Assembly (NCBI RefSeq): GCF_036321535.1
Contig: NC_087437.1
Span: 41,604,001 to 41,668,000, forward strand
DNA length: 64,000 nucleotides
Reading direction: 5' to 3'
DNA from: Camelus dromedarius
Taxonomy: Eukaryota
Shown: positions 53,280 through 64,000 of the stretch, in pieces
How the letters are laid out: each line of letters starts with the position of its first letter
Numbering within the stretch: the first letter of the stretch is position 1
Program-made: the position numbers and the translations under genes
Notes under the pieces: model-generated
Seen by the model: the letters and a program-made list of their open reading frames with translations, nothing else
Databases searched by the model: none
What the model was told of the DNA's origin: nothing

Positions 53280-53700
53280 TAAAAAGCCAATGCACTCTTA
53301 GGCTACAATTATCTGAAGAGCAGTACCCAGAGAAGCAGCCGATCACCCCGCCTGCTAGTCAGTCTACACCTGGGGGACTGTATTCAGTCTGATGACCACG
53401 GAACGACAGAGGCAAAGCATGGATACTCAGAGAATAGGGACCGGGTTGGAGAAGCCTGCAAAACACGATATTATGAGGAATAGTTAAAACAATCTGGAGT
53501 TTTTAGGCTGAACAAACATGAGAAGCATTTTAAACATATCAAGACCTGTGGATGATTCCCCTGTGGTTCTAGGGGTTGGAGCTAGAACACAGGGATGGAC
53601 ATTCTGGAGAGGCCCACGTCACATCGGCATAAAGGAGAACTGGGAGCTCTCAGTTCTCCTTTATGACAGAGCCCTGGGGAGCGGAAAGCTTCCTAAAACA
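53280..53700 (+). mobile_element. L3/CR1 LINE fragment
   Basis: 'aaaagccaatgcactcttaggct...cacctgggggactgtattcagtctg...tatgaggaatagttaaaacaatctggagtttttaggctg' are CR1-type motifs. Confidence 0.6.
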
Positions 53701-54780
53701 GGATGTGCTCCATGCGCACCTGGATGGGGCCGTGTCAGCGCTCTCCTGCTTGGTGTCAGAGGCTGAACCCTGTGTCCACTTCAAATTTAGAATGCCATGC
53801 CTGACTGTCCCTCCTCCAAACTCAGACCAGGCCTCTGGGGACCACCTGGAGCAGAAGTGGCCCCGAGGCCTCCACCAGCATGGGCTCCACAGTCCAGGGA
53901 AAAGCTAGCACAAAACTGGCAACAAGTAAAGGGAGGAGGAGGACTCACTGGGTGCCCGGTATGGTAGCAGCTCACGTGGGAGGCAAAGACACAGTCTGGA
54001 TGCAGAAGACTGGTAGATTCGAACTCAGCGGGCAAGAAGCAGTGCGTACTGGGACTCTAAGATAACACCGCCGGCCCTGACCTACTCCATGTAGAATGTT
54101 CTAGTTGGGCCCTAACGAATCCATTTAAGATGCAGACCAGTTTTCTGAATTACAGCAAACCCTTGGTGAGATCCACACTCTTTCCTTCAGCTGTAGGCCA
54201 GCTCCCTTCTTGCCCCAGTTACACACTTTTTTTTTTTAACCCTCTATCCATGCTTTAGTGGAAAACGTCTATCCATACCCTATGAGAAACTGCTGAGATC
54301 TCAGATTAAAAAGAAGTGTAACTTTGGACTGTATCTTCTTATCAACATGTATTTGAACACTGGGTACTAAGCTTACTGTGAACTTTGTGATTCAGCTACA
54401 TTGTCAGTGTTACAATCATTTTTATCTAAATCTCTCTGAGCAAAGGTACCTTGCTTACATCAGGCAACTAGTGGATTCTTCTGCCAAGTGAAAACGAATG
54501 GCACAGTAACCGACTGAAGGACCTCACAGCCTTACTCCCCCGATGATGCTACTTTTGGCCCAAGAGAAGCCACAGGCTATGGCTTTCTGGCCATCTGCTC
54601 AGCTCTCAAAGTTTACCCACACATTTTTTGTTAAAGATATTTCTTATAAGTGATACCTCTGTAAACCCAGATGTAGTTAGGAATCCACATGACATAAGAT
54701 CAAAATTCTCTCTTCCATGGTGTTGAGCAACTACCACATGTCAGGTGCAGGTATGGAGTGGAGGAGCACAAAGGTCAACA

Positions 54781-54808
54781 GCTCACAGTCCAGGGCTCAC
54801 AGTCCAGG
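54781..54808. repeat. Perfect 14-bp tandem duplication (gctcacagtccagg)2
   Basis: Direct reading. Confidence 0.9.
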
Positions 54809-56282
54809 CCTGGAGACAGGCTTTTAGCAGCTAATTCTCAGAGCATGAAGAGAAGGGCAGTAGGAGCCCACAGCAGGAAGTGCTCAGCCTAGGGCATGGG
54901 GAAGGTTACTGCTGGGAAGGCACGCTGGAAAGGAATCTTGAAGACCAGACAGGAGCTCACTGAGCATATTCAAAAGGAAAGCATAGTCAAAGAAAAAGGA
55001 ACAGCTACAGTGTGTGGGACTGTGTAACCTGAAGAATAAAAATATCCTTGCTTGTCTGAGCAAGAGAGCGAGACAGTGCTGTTATAATTGTTTTTAGATA
55101 TCTGGGGGACTATCTGATTAGATATTTGCTTCTCCAGGTAAAAGGTACTATGATAATTAGAAAGGGGGCAGGTACCTACAAGAATGTACATTTCAGTTTA
55201 ATACATACAAGAACATCATAAAAAAAAAAAAAGAGAGAACTAGTAACAAAGAAACTGGCTGTCTGGAGTAGACAATTTATAATTTTATAGTTTTGGAGTC
55301 AACTTGGGTTCTAATCCCAGCTTAGACATGGTAAATAGTGGCCACACATGCTGTGAGATGGGGACTCCCTGTCACACTGTGAGCTCCAGCACCACACCGA
55401 GGTGCCGTCTCTGCCAATGTCTCATGTGTGGGGTTTGAAGGTGAACTAGAGACCACCAAGGTCCCTCCTAGGCCCTAGCCTGGGGCTCTTATTTGCTTGT
55501 CTCTGCCCACTTCTGATCCGGCAATATTCCCTCAGCTCACTAGGAAAGACACTAAGGGAATGTCCATTGAAAACCTGCTATACAGATGTTAGCTCTCACT
55601 GCTGCTGTCATTGCTACTTCCTCTGATACTAACTTCCCATTCACTTCATCATCCCTGGTTGTGTTTTATTCCTGTGAGTGTGTGTGTAAGGGTATACAGA
55701 TATTCCTGCAAGCCAACTCAAATCCTTAGTAGGATATAAACGAAGCCAGGAAAAATAAAATAAAATAACCTTCTACAGTTTATTATAAATGACACTCATG
55801 ACAACAATAGGTCACATTCACTTAACACTCATTATGCATCAGGCACTGTGGGAGGCCTTGTATATACATTATTTCATTTAATACAAGAACCCGAAAAGTT
55901 AAACTCTATATCATAACCCCCATTTTATAGATAAGGAAATTGAGTCTTGGAGAAGTCAAGTAACTCACTGAAGGTCCCAACTAACTAGCGGTCTAAACAA
56001 AAATTTTTGCAACATAGCCTACAACAATCTCATATTAATGGATAGGTACTCCCACATATTTTTAAAATTTGAATACTGAATATTTTTTATTTGAATCTGG
56101 AATGCGGGGACTCTGGAAAACAAAAATAAGCTGCTTAAGCTATGAAATAGGTGACAACACTGAGCTCATTTGGTCTTAATCTCACATTTCCGGACACTGT
56201 TGAGAAGGGTCCACAGAGTAACCAGGTCACGCTCGTCTAAGTGGTCTTTCAGCATCAAATCAAAATTTCCAGCTTTCTCACT

Positions 56283-56562
56283 CATTGTATGATTCCATTC
56301 ATGTGAAATGTTCAAAATGGGCAAATCTAGAGAGATCTACAGATAGCAGAAGAGAGGTTGCCCAGGGCTGGGTGAGGAAGAGAGGGGAGAAGGGAGACTG
56401 GGTACAAGGTTTCTTTCAGGGGTGAAGAAAATGTCCTAAAATTAGATTATGGTGATGGTTACAGAACTCTGTAAATCCACGAAAGGACACTGAATTGTAC
56501 GCTTTGAAGGGGATAACTTTGTGATAGGTAAATTATACGATATCAATAAAGCTGTTACAAAA
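56283..56562 (+). mobile_element. L1MB-like 3' end
   Basis: 'tgtatgattccattcatgtgaaatgttc...ggcaaatcta...gtttctttcaggggtgaagaaaatgtcctaaaattagat...tcaataaagctgtt'. Confidence 0.85.
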
Positions 56563-58859
56563 CCGTTCCCCGGGTTCAGTATCAAGTGATCTCTAGTCAC
56601 TCCACATGGCCTGAGTCTTCCAGAACAAACATGAAAACCAGATGTGCATTAAGTAAGCCAGCACCCAAGAACAAAATGTTCAGACAACCACGACGAGACG
56701 GCAGACAACTCCTGTGAGGTCGGTAAGCTGTCCTCGGAAGCTTCAGCTTCTTCCTCAAGTGTCGTTAGGTAAGTGCGGAATGGTACTGGCTTCTGATTTT
56801 TACCAACCCAGGAAAAATGGAAGTATAATTTCATTCCTCATTGCTAAAATTTAAGTGAACAGAATGAAATCTTAAAAATGGCAGCAATAGGGGAATCAGA
56901 GGACCTCAAAAGGCCCGAAAAGACTTCAATCAAGTCGACTGGAACCTTGTGGCCGTGGGGACTCAATCGTTCTGCGCTTAGAAAAGGAGGCGGAAGAACG
57001 AAGTCAACTACTCTAAGGTTCTCCCCCACCTTCACTATTCCATCACACTATATCTGCTAAGGGTTGTGTCAGTACGTTGACTTGTCCCCTTCTAAACAAT
57101 CAGCCACTGCTCTTTGACCAAGGAAGCGTCATCAAGACATCTGGACACACTGGAAATTCACGGAAGTGTCTTTCCTGGACCGAGATTTCAAGTATTCAAG
57201 TGAGCCTCCTCCCACATTCCTCATTAAATAAATGACAGTCTTATAATTTGATTAGCTATGATATCTGACTAAAATTTTAAACCTGGTACATGAAAATCAA
57301 AAGGCAGCTTCCTAACATAATGCGTAACTGCCGCAAAATAATTGTTCTCCAAAGTAAAACTTACCCTCTCCTTTATAAAAGCTGATCTTGCATCAGCTCT
57401 AACCTGTCACTCCATCTTCTTAAAGGAAACCTTAAATTTACAAAATATTTGAGGAAGGGAGAACCATTCTTAGAGAGCTACCACTGAAATAGATGGTGGG
57501 TGATGTTAACTTAATATTCAATTTCGCTATATCTGGTTTTCATTTTTCTCTCTCCAGGAATAGTTTTTATTTGTTTAAATATAAAGGAACCCCATTTTTA
57601 AATATTAATATGCAGAAAAGTATAAGAAGAAAATTAAAACTGCCAGAAACTCCCAGGTTTAAAACGATCCCAAAGCCCTGTGAACTTAAGGTGACCACCT
57701 AGCCTGTCTCCCCAAGCATAACACACACAGAGACAGGCATGTTTAAAACATGGCCAAGTATGTGAGGCACAAATAGTCTGAACTTAAAGATTGTTTTCAC
57801 TTAAAGATCTAACATTACCATTTCCTCATATTACAACGTTTCACAGGTAAAACTGTAACAGTTGCATAATGATCCATCATGCAACTTTCTTCCACTACTG
57901 TATGTTTTGATTATTTCCAACTTTTCATGATAACAAATAATACTTCAATGAGTATTTTTGAAATTAAAACTTTTACACCCCTACCTGGACAATTCCAATC
58001 TTTTGCCCTATTCCTTTTGTAATTTTCTCTGTTGGTTTTAGGAAGAGAAAGTGCCTCCCCATCCAAAAGTCAGAATTCTTACTGTATGATTGTTTTTCTT
58101 TCTTTCTTTTTTAAAATTTAACTCCTTAACCTATGGACTGTATTTTTATACATTTTTAAAGACTCCAAATGTATCTGTCACATGGTTGAATTTTGGCCAG
58201 ATCTAGAGTATGTTATTTGTCCAGCATTTTCAAATGCACATTTGCGTTTTTAAAGGAAATACGTGTCTCATATTCTTGGCTTTCCACTAAGTTTCAGAAA
58301 GTCTTCAGGACGAATAAAGTAACCAAAGCTTTGATTATCAGCAGGAAATTACAGTGGGCAGGAATGAAGAGGACTCCCGTACAGGCCAGATTAAAGCTAA
58401 TCAATCAGGAGATCAAATTCCCAGCCTTAGTGGTTTTATTACTTTAGCCTTAAAAAGTCTCGAAAGTTCCAAGGTTAGCTTACGTAGTAGAAAGACAGTT
58501 TTCAAAGCTATGGGCTTATCCTCCATGTGGACTGGTCACCACTGGTCTCATTTAATGACCACGAGCAAGCTCTACGTCCCACCACTGGTCACTGGTTCTT
58601 GCCACTGGTCACCAGCAGAACATGTGGGAAAGCAGAGCACAAGCTCACCCCCCACCCAGTGGAAAAGGAACACAAAGGACGTGCTTGCTGGTTGACAGTG
58701 GGTCAACAGAGGCATCTTTGAGCAGGACGGGCAGCACAGATGTCAGTATGTACATGGCTGCCTCCCATTCATAATAAAGACTGGATTCTATTTCCCGAGG
58801 ACATCAGCTTCTCATACCATGTTTTCCCCACCACGGCCTCCCTCCGAGGCACCCTACTA

Positions 58860-59040
58860 TTACTGCTGACCAGCTGCTGTGACTTGGGACAAGTTATGCA
58901 GCCTTCCTGGGACAGTCCCATCAACTGTAAAATGGGGATAAATAAAGACAGCTGACCTCTTAGGGTTGTTGTGAGGGTTAAACAAGAGACTGAGAGCAGG
59001 ACTGTGCTTTCTGAGCGTCAGTATTGTTATTACTACTGCC
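58860..59040 (+). mobile_element. MIR SINE
   Basis: 'gtgacttgggacaagtt...catcaactgtaaaatggggata...tagggttgttgtgagggttaaa'. Confidence 0.8.
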
Positions 59041-62000
59041 AGCGCCTCTACCACTCCTGCTACGAGTGCTGACACCATCACCCCCAGAAATGCCACACCA
59101 GACTTAAACTGGGTTCTTCAGAAGAAAAGAGGGACCGAGGAAGCCTACAGTCAGCTCAGCCCTGGGAGCGGAATCCGTCCTCAGCCTTCGCAGTCCCTCT
59201 GGGAAGCCAGCATTTACCGTCATTACTAAGATAGTGAATTTCTGGGGCAGGTGGTGTCACAACCTCCTTGGTTTTCTGTCCCTACTTTCTGATATGTAAA
59301 CACAAGACCCATGCACATTGGCACTTTCCACGTGCAGAGTTAAGAACAAGAACCCAGGGAGGGGGTGCTTAGAGATGAAAAAGGCAAGGGGTGACATCCA
59401 TGGATCTGACAACGCCAGAAACTGCAAATAAAGAGCCGGCAGCTCCCAACACATGCACCTCAAAGATGAAGACTGTGGGCAAGAAGGAGAGTGATCCAGG
59501 GTGTGGATGGAACTGGCTTACGGGAGAAAATGTATCAAGAGACTCAGCAGTCAGAAAGCCCACTCCTACGTCACAGTTACTCCTAGGTATTCATTTCTTT
59601 TCTCTGAGTCCTTTTCTTCTGACTTTCAACCTTCCCAGTGCTTTGGGTGTGAGCCAATTCCTGTTGAAACAGTTTGCCTAAGGATTTGTCTCCAACTTTG
59701 AAACTCAGATTCATTTTAATAGAAAATAAGGATCATATGCTTCTGGAACATCAATTATGTTCATAACCATCCAAGATTTATGGGACATCTAGAGGACTTT
59801 GAATGTTAACAAGAAAGCATGTTGGATAAAAATTAATTGGCTCAAGCTTAACTTAAAATTACATGATATGGAATGGGAAAAATGGCCGCCCGTCTCTGCT
59901 TGATTTTAGCCAAAAGGCAGAGCTGTAACAAAACTAAACCAGTCTGGCAAGATGAGAACAAGAATTGCAACGTGCGTGCCAAACCTAGAGTCAGGGGGAA
60001 GATTTGCTTAGATCCCAAATCACAGATTTTGAACTTGCTGTTGTACCGTCTTTTTTCTTCATGTTTGAAGGAAACTTGATGTAATGAAATCTAGGTTTTA
60101 GGGAGTTTCCCCTCTTATTCTATCCTTTGCCACATTGTTCATTTCTGTTTCTAATCAGCGGTATTTTGTTTTGTTATCATCTGTAGAAGAAAAGGCTGCA
60201 AAGCTCTTGGGAACACAGAAACTGAGATCTACCAGACATAAACCAGCCTCACATGAGCTTTTTAAGACTCTTCTCCGTGGCAACTAAGCACAAATGAGTC
60301 GTCAACGAGTAAAATGCCTTAACACTGTCCTTTAAAATCATCGAACAGCTACAATCAGACTGACAAAAGTCTTCCTTTAAATTTTTAAGTAATGGCATTT
60401 AATAATAATAGCATATATGTGCGGTAATAGCAAATATTAAGCAAGTCGTAGCAATCACTGCTTTGGGGGGAGTGGGACTTGCTGTTAAGGAAAATATCTG
60501 CAGAGGCAAGGTCAGCAACACAGCTAGCTGCACGCCCGTGTCTTGGTGGGGATAAAGCGCCGTCAGTTTCCCAGTCCTGAGATGGCACGGAGCCGCACCT
60601 TCACAACTTCAGCCTCAGCCCATCTGGGACTGGGAACCGTAGCGTTCAGCAAGTCACCACAAAGATTTTTTTAAGTACCGATTTCTGTCTCCTTTCCATC
60701 TCAATTTTACATTTTTTAAACAGAGGAGAACATGAGAGAACAGGCCCTTCCTGAAACACTGTATTTCCCAGGGTGGGGGAGAAAAAAAGGAGGAGATTAA
60801 AATGACAATAACAGCAGCATACTAGCATATTTTAAAACACTAGTGCTTAACCTGAACTAAAGCATACTTAAAATAACATAAAAGCAAGTCTATTTCATAA
60901 AGTGTTGCAAACTTGAAAATACCATCAAGTCGAACCACTCTTTTATAGACCAATTTCATGCCGATTGCTTTGGTGACGAGTGAACAAAGGTAAAATCACT
61001 CTCTGGATGTTTAAGTTAATGAAATTAAGGAAGACACTCCCTTGATATTTCATTCTATTCACTTAATTTCATTTTAATACTATTAGCGATACTTTTATGT
61101 CTTACAACACTCCATGTTGACAGTCATATTTACTGTTAGAGCAATCTCGGATTCTGAGGAATCACTTACAAATAAAAACAGTGACGGCTAAGGAAGGGGT
61201 TCAGTCCAGCTCGGTCCACTTGTACACATGCCCACATCAACTGTTATGCAGGTATTTTCTGAGGCTTTCTAGAAAAATTCCAGACTTTTCAAAGAGAACA
61301 TTAAAACGGTATTCTGGTCCCTTGTAACTATAAGAAGTAGGCCCCAGAGAAAACCACGCATCAAGCAAACATGCACAAGTGTGTGAGGGATGACACTGGA
61401 GCTGGGTGCAATGCGCTGCTGCCTAATGTTCCAAAAAGCAAAATCAACTGTGTATAAAATCACAGGCATGCCTAGAAGGTAGACTGGGAAGACACAAAGA
61501 ATGGAATTCTGAAAAAGGAACTGAAAATACAAACAAGTACAGAACTCCAGACTGCAAATCCAATACATTTATGCCATTTCTTGACTTCCACCTGCACTTA
61601 ATATTGTCCAACAATGCACATACTAGGAGAACCATAAGCCCCAAACCTCTGTAGGATCAACAAACTCACCTTATTTTCTAAAAGAACACGGCAACAGCAT
61701 AAATGCTATGCTGTCAAATCATCGCCCCGTGAGGACAGAAAAAACAATCTGACATATGCAGCAGAAAGTTCAAGACGTTATTTACTAACCTGGTGCCCCT
61801 GTGAGAGTAGTCGCTTCATCTTGCTTTAAAGAAAGAATCCTTACTATGCAGCTAATCTCCAAAGCAGCTGATAGCCGAGAGGAGAAAAAACTGACTACCA
61901 CAGAAGCTACATACGCGGGGAAAGCAGTCGGTTCCCAAGCCCCGGTTTTGGCTGACTCCCCATAGGCAACTTAAGTCACAGCCAAGCCCACAAAGCACTT

Positions 62001-64000
62001 TAGCCTCTAAGCTTTAGGAATGAACTTGAAACCACTCCCATATGTTAAATAGACACTAGGCTGCTGTGAGAAATAAAACCCACATACAGAAAGAGCTAAG
62101 GCTTCAGGCTTCGTTTTTGTATTTGCTGCCCAAGAAAACTGTAACACCCTCACTCGCTTCTCTCCCCTCAGACGCTGTGTTAAAGTGACTCATTCATTTT
62201 AAACAAGAGGAATACAGTTTCCCCTCCATTAGGGCTGTGAAATGAGTTTTACATTGTTGCCCAAGTTGGTGGTGGTGGTGGAACATACAGCATTACAATT
62301 TCACATTGCCTAAGAGGGACACATGGAGCTATTGTTTGAGACTCAAAGGCACACACTATCATTACTTCTAGATTTAAAAAATATCATTAAATAAGTGTAA
62401 AAACCTCATTTATCACTAAAGCCAAAAAATTAATCTAAGTTCAAGAGGAAAATTCATCAAAGAACCTTCTAACTTCTGATTCTGACTTAATATCTATAAG
62501 CTTGAAAAGTCACTCATAATTCAGTTTCACCATCTAGAGATATGTTGTTTATAAAATAAAAAAGTTTTCTTTTCAGTTTTGTAATTTTGTATAGTTTAAA
62601 CCGGAATTTAATATAACTCATGGTTTCAAAGGAAGAAATTTTTATTTATTTGTCATCCTACAAAAATATAACTAATAGTTTCATTAGGGCATTTATATCT
62701 TAAAGCAGCCAATAATGTTCCAGTGTATTGCTTGAGAAAGAATAAAAATCCCATGCTCTGCTTTTTAACATAATGTGCTCACAGTATACAGAATTCTCCC
62801 CTAGTTTTCAACTCCAAGAACAGTTTTAATTCTAACGGCTTTCTTCCATAATTTCTACTTTATTTAAATAAGACATGTTTAACATAATGGTCAAGGATAC
62901 CTAATTTTACTGTTTCTCCTGAGCCATAAAGATGGGACCAAATATTCCAAGGAAAATTTGATTCACTTGTTGCCAAGTTGATTTACATGTATTTCTGGTA
63001 AAATTCAAGTTACCCAAAACCTATGAAACATAAGCCATTAGTATATTACCTCAACAAGATCAGGCGTGAAAAGCCTCAAGGGTCCCTCAGATCTGACACT
63101 CGCCCTGCTATCCTTCTCCACCCACTCCCAGGGTGAGGGCTCAACTGTTTCTCCAGGGGTAACTTTGTAAATAAGGTGGGCAAAACAGCCACCCCAGTGA
63201 GAAAACCAGCTCCAGCCCTGTGGCCCATGCCTTATAAAGGAGCCAGTGCTCCACCTGGTGGCAAAACCAAGTAAAAGCTGGAACAGCTAAGCCTCAGGCC
63301 AAATTTTACTTTGATGTTGAAAGAAAAACAAAAAGGAAGAAAAGAATTGATTATAAGCGCACATTAATGTTTCATACAATGTGTGGTAAGGATCGTGAAA
63401 AGTTTTTTTTCTCCCACAGAGTGTAATATTTATAGAGGATATGAAAATACTCATGCAAAAAAATGTAATTACATTCAAATCCATCTCTTTAATATGGATC
63501 TGATTTGCAAGCATGTATGATTTGCATTCCCAGAGAAATCCTCTGATAAATAACACTGATCTCCCCTTTACCCAAAGGGCTATAAGAAAAATTCCTGGGA
63601 GGTCAACATAATCCCTGAAATGGAAAAACCATGGGTAAATTCCCAACTCAACTACCTAACTGCAGGTGGGACAGCATCTCCATCATTCTGTTAAAAGGCT
63701 GTATCCCCAGGATCTTTCCTATCTATCTTTCAAAAAAGATTTCCTTTTGTCTCATATGCATTATTTCTGCTAAAATCAATGTCTATATCAGATCAACTTC
63801 AATAGGGATGAAGAACAGTTAAAGACTGGATTTCAAATTACACTACAGTCTTTAATGAAACTCCAGCAAAAATCAAAGTATAGCAGGATGTCACTTTTAA
63901 ATGGGACTAAGCCACATTACTGAAATGAAAACTAATAATAATCGCTAATATTTAAGCTCTCACTATAAGGTAGGTATGGTTCTAAAGTGCTTTACAAGTA

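Overview
Mammalian genomic DNA, most likely a camelid (camel, alpaca or llama), judged from a tRNA-derived vic-1-type SINE and the L1 3' ends. The window holds the 5' half of the phospholipase D1 gene (PLD1) on the minus strand. I traced 11 coding exons by hand (exons 2-12 in human numbering; ATG at 33525, last exon ends at 2462). All are GT-AG bounded and join into an uninterrupted 1227-nt frame (409 aa: N-terminus, PX domain, PH domain, start of the catalytic region). Positions 33557-64000 are intron 1; exon 1 and exon 13 onward appear to lie outside the window. The rest is intronic and repeat-rich: a 3.3-kb 5'-truncated L1, short young L1 3' ends, old L1M/L2/L3/MIR, DNA transposons and LTRs. 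I see no novel multi-gene system. The best oddities are a natural Lys at the conserved PX-domain Arg179, a 122-bp locally templated copy of a MIR fragment, a ~50-60-bp duplication flanking the L1, and an NQO1-like antioxidant response element inside an AP-1 cluster in intron 1. Repeat family names and human comparisons come from memory and need database confirmation.
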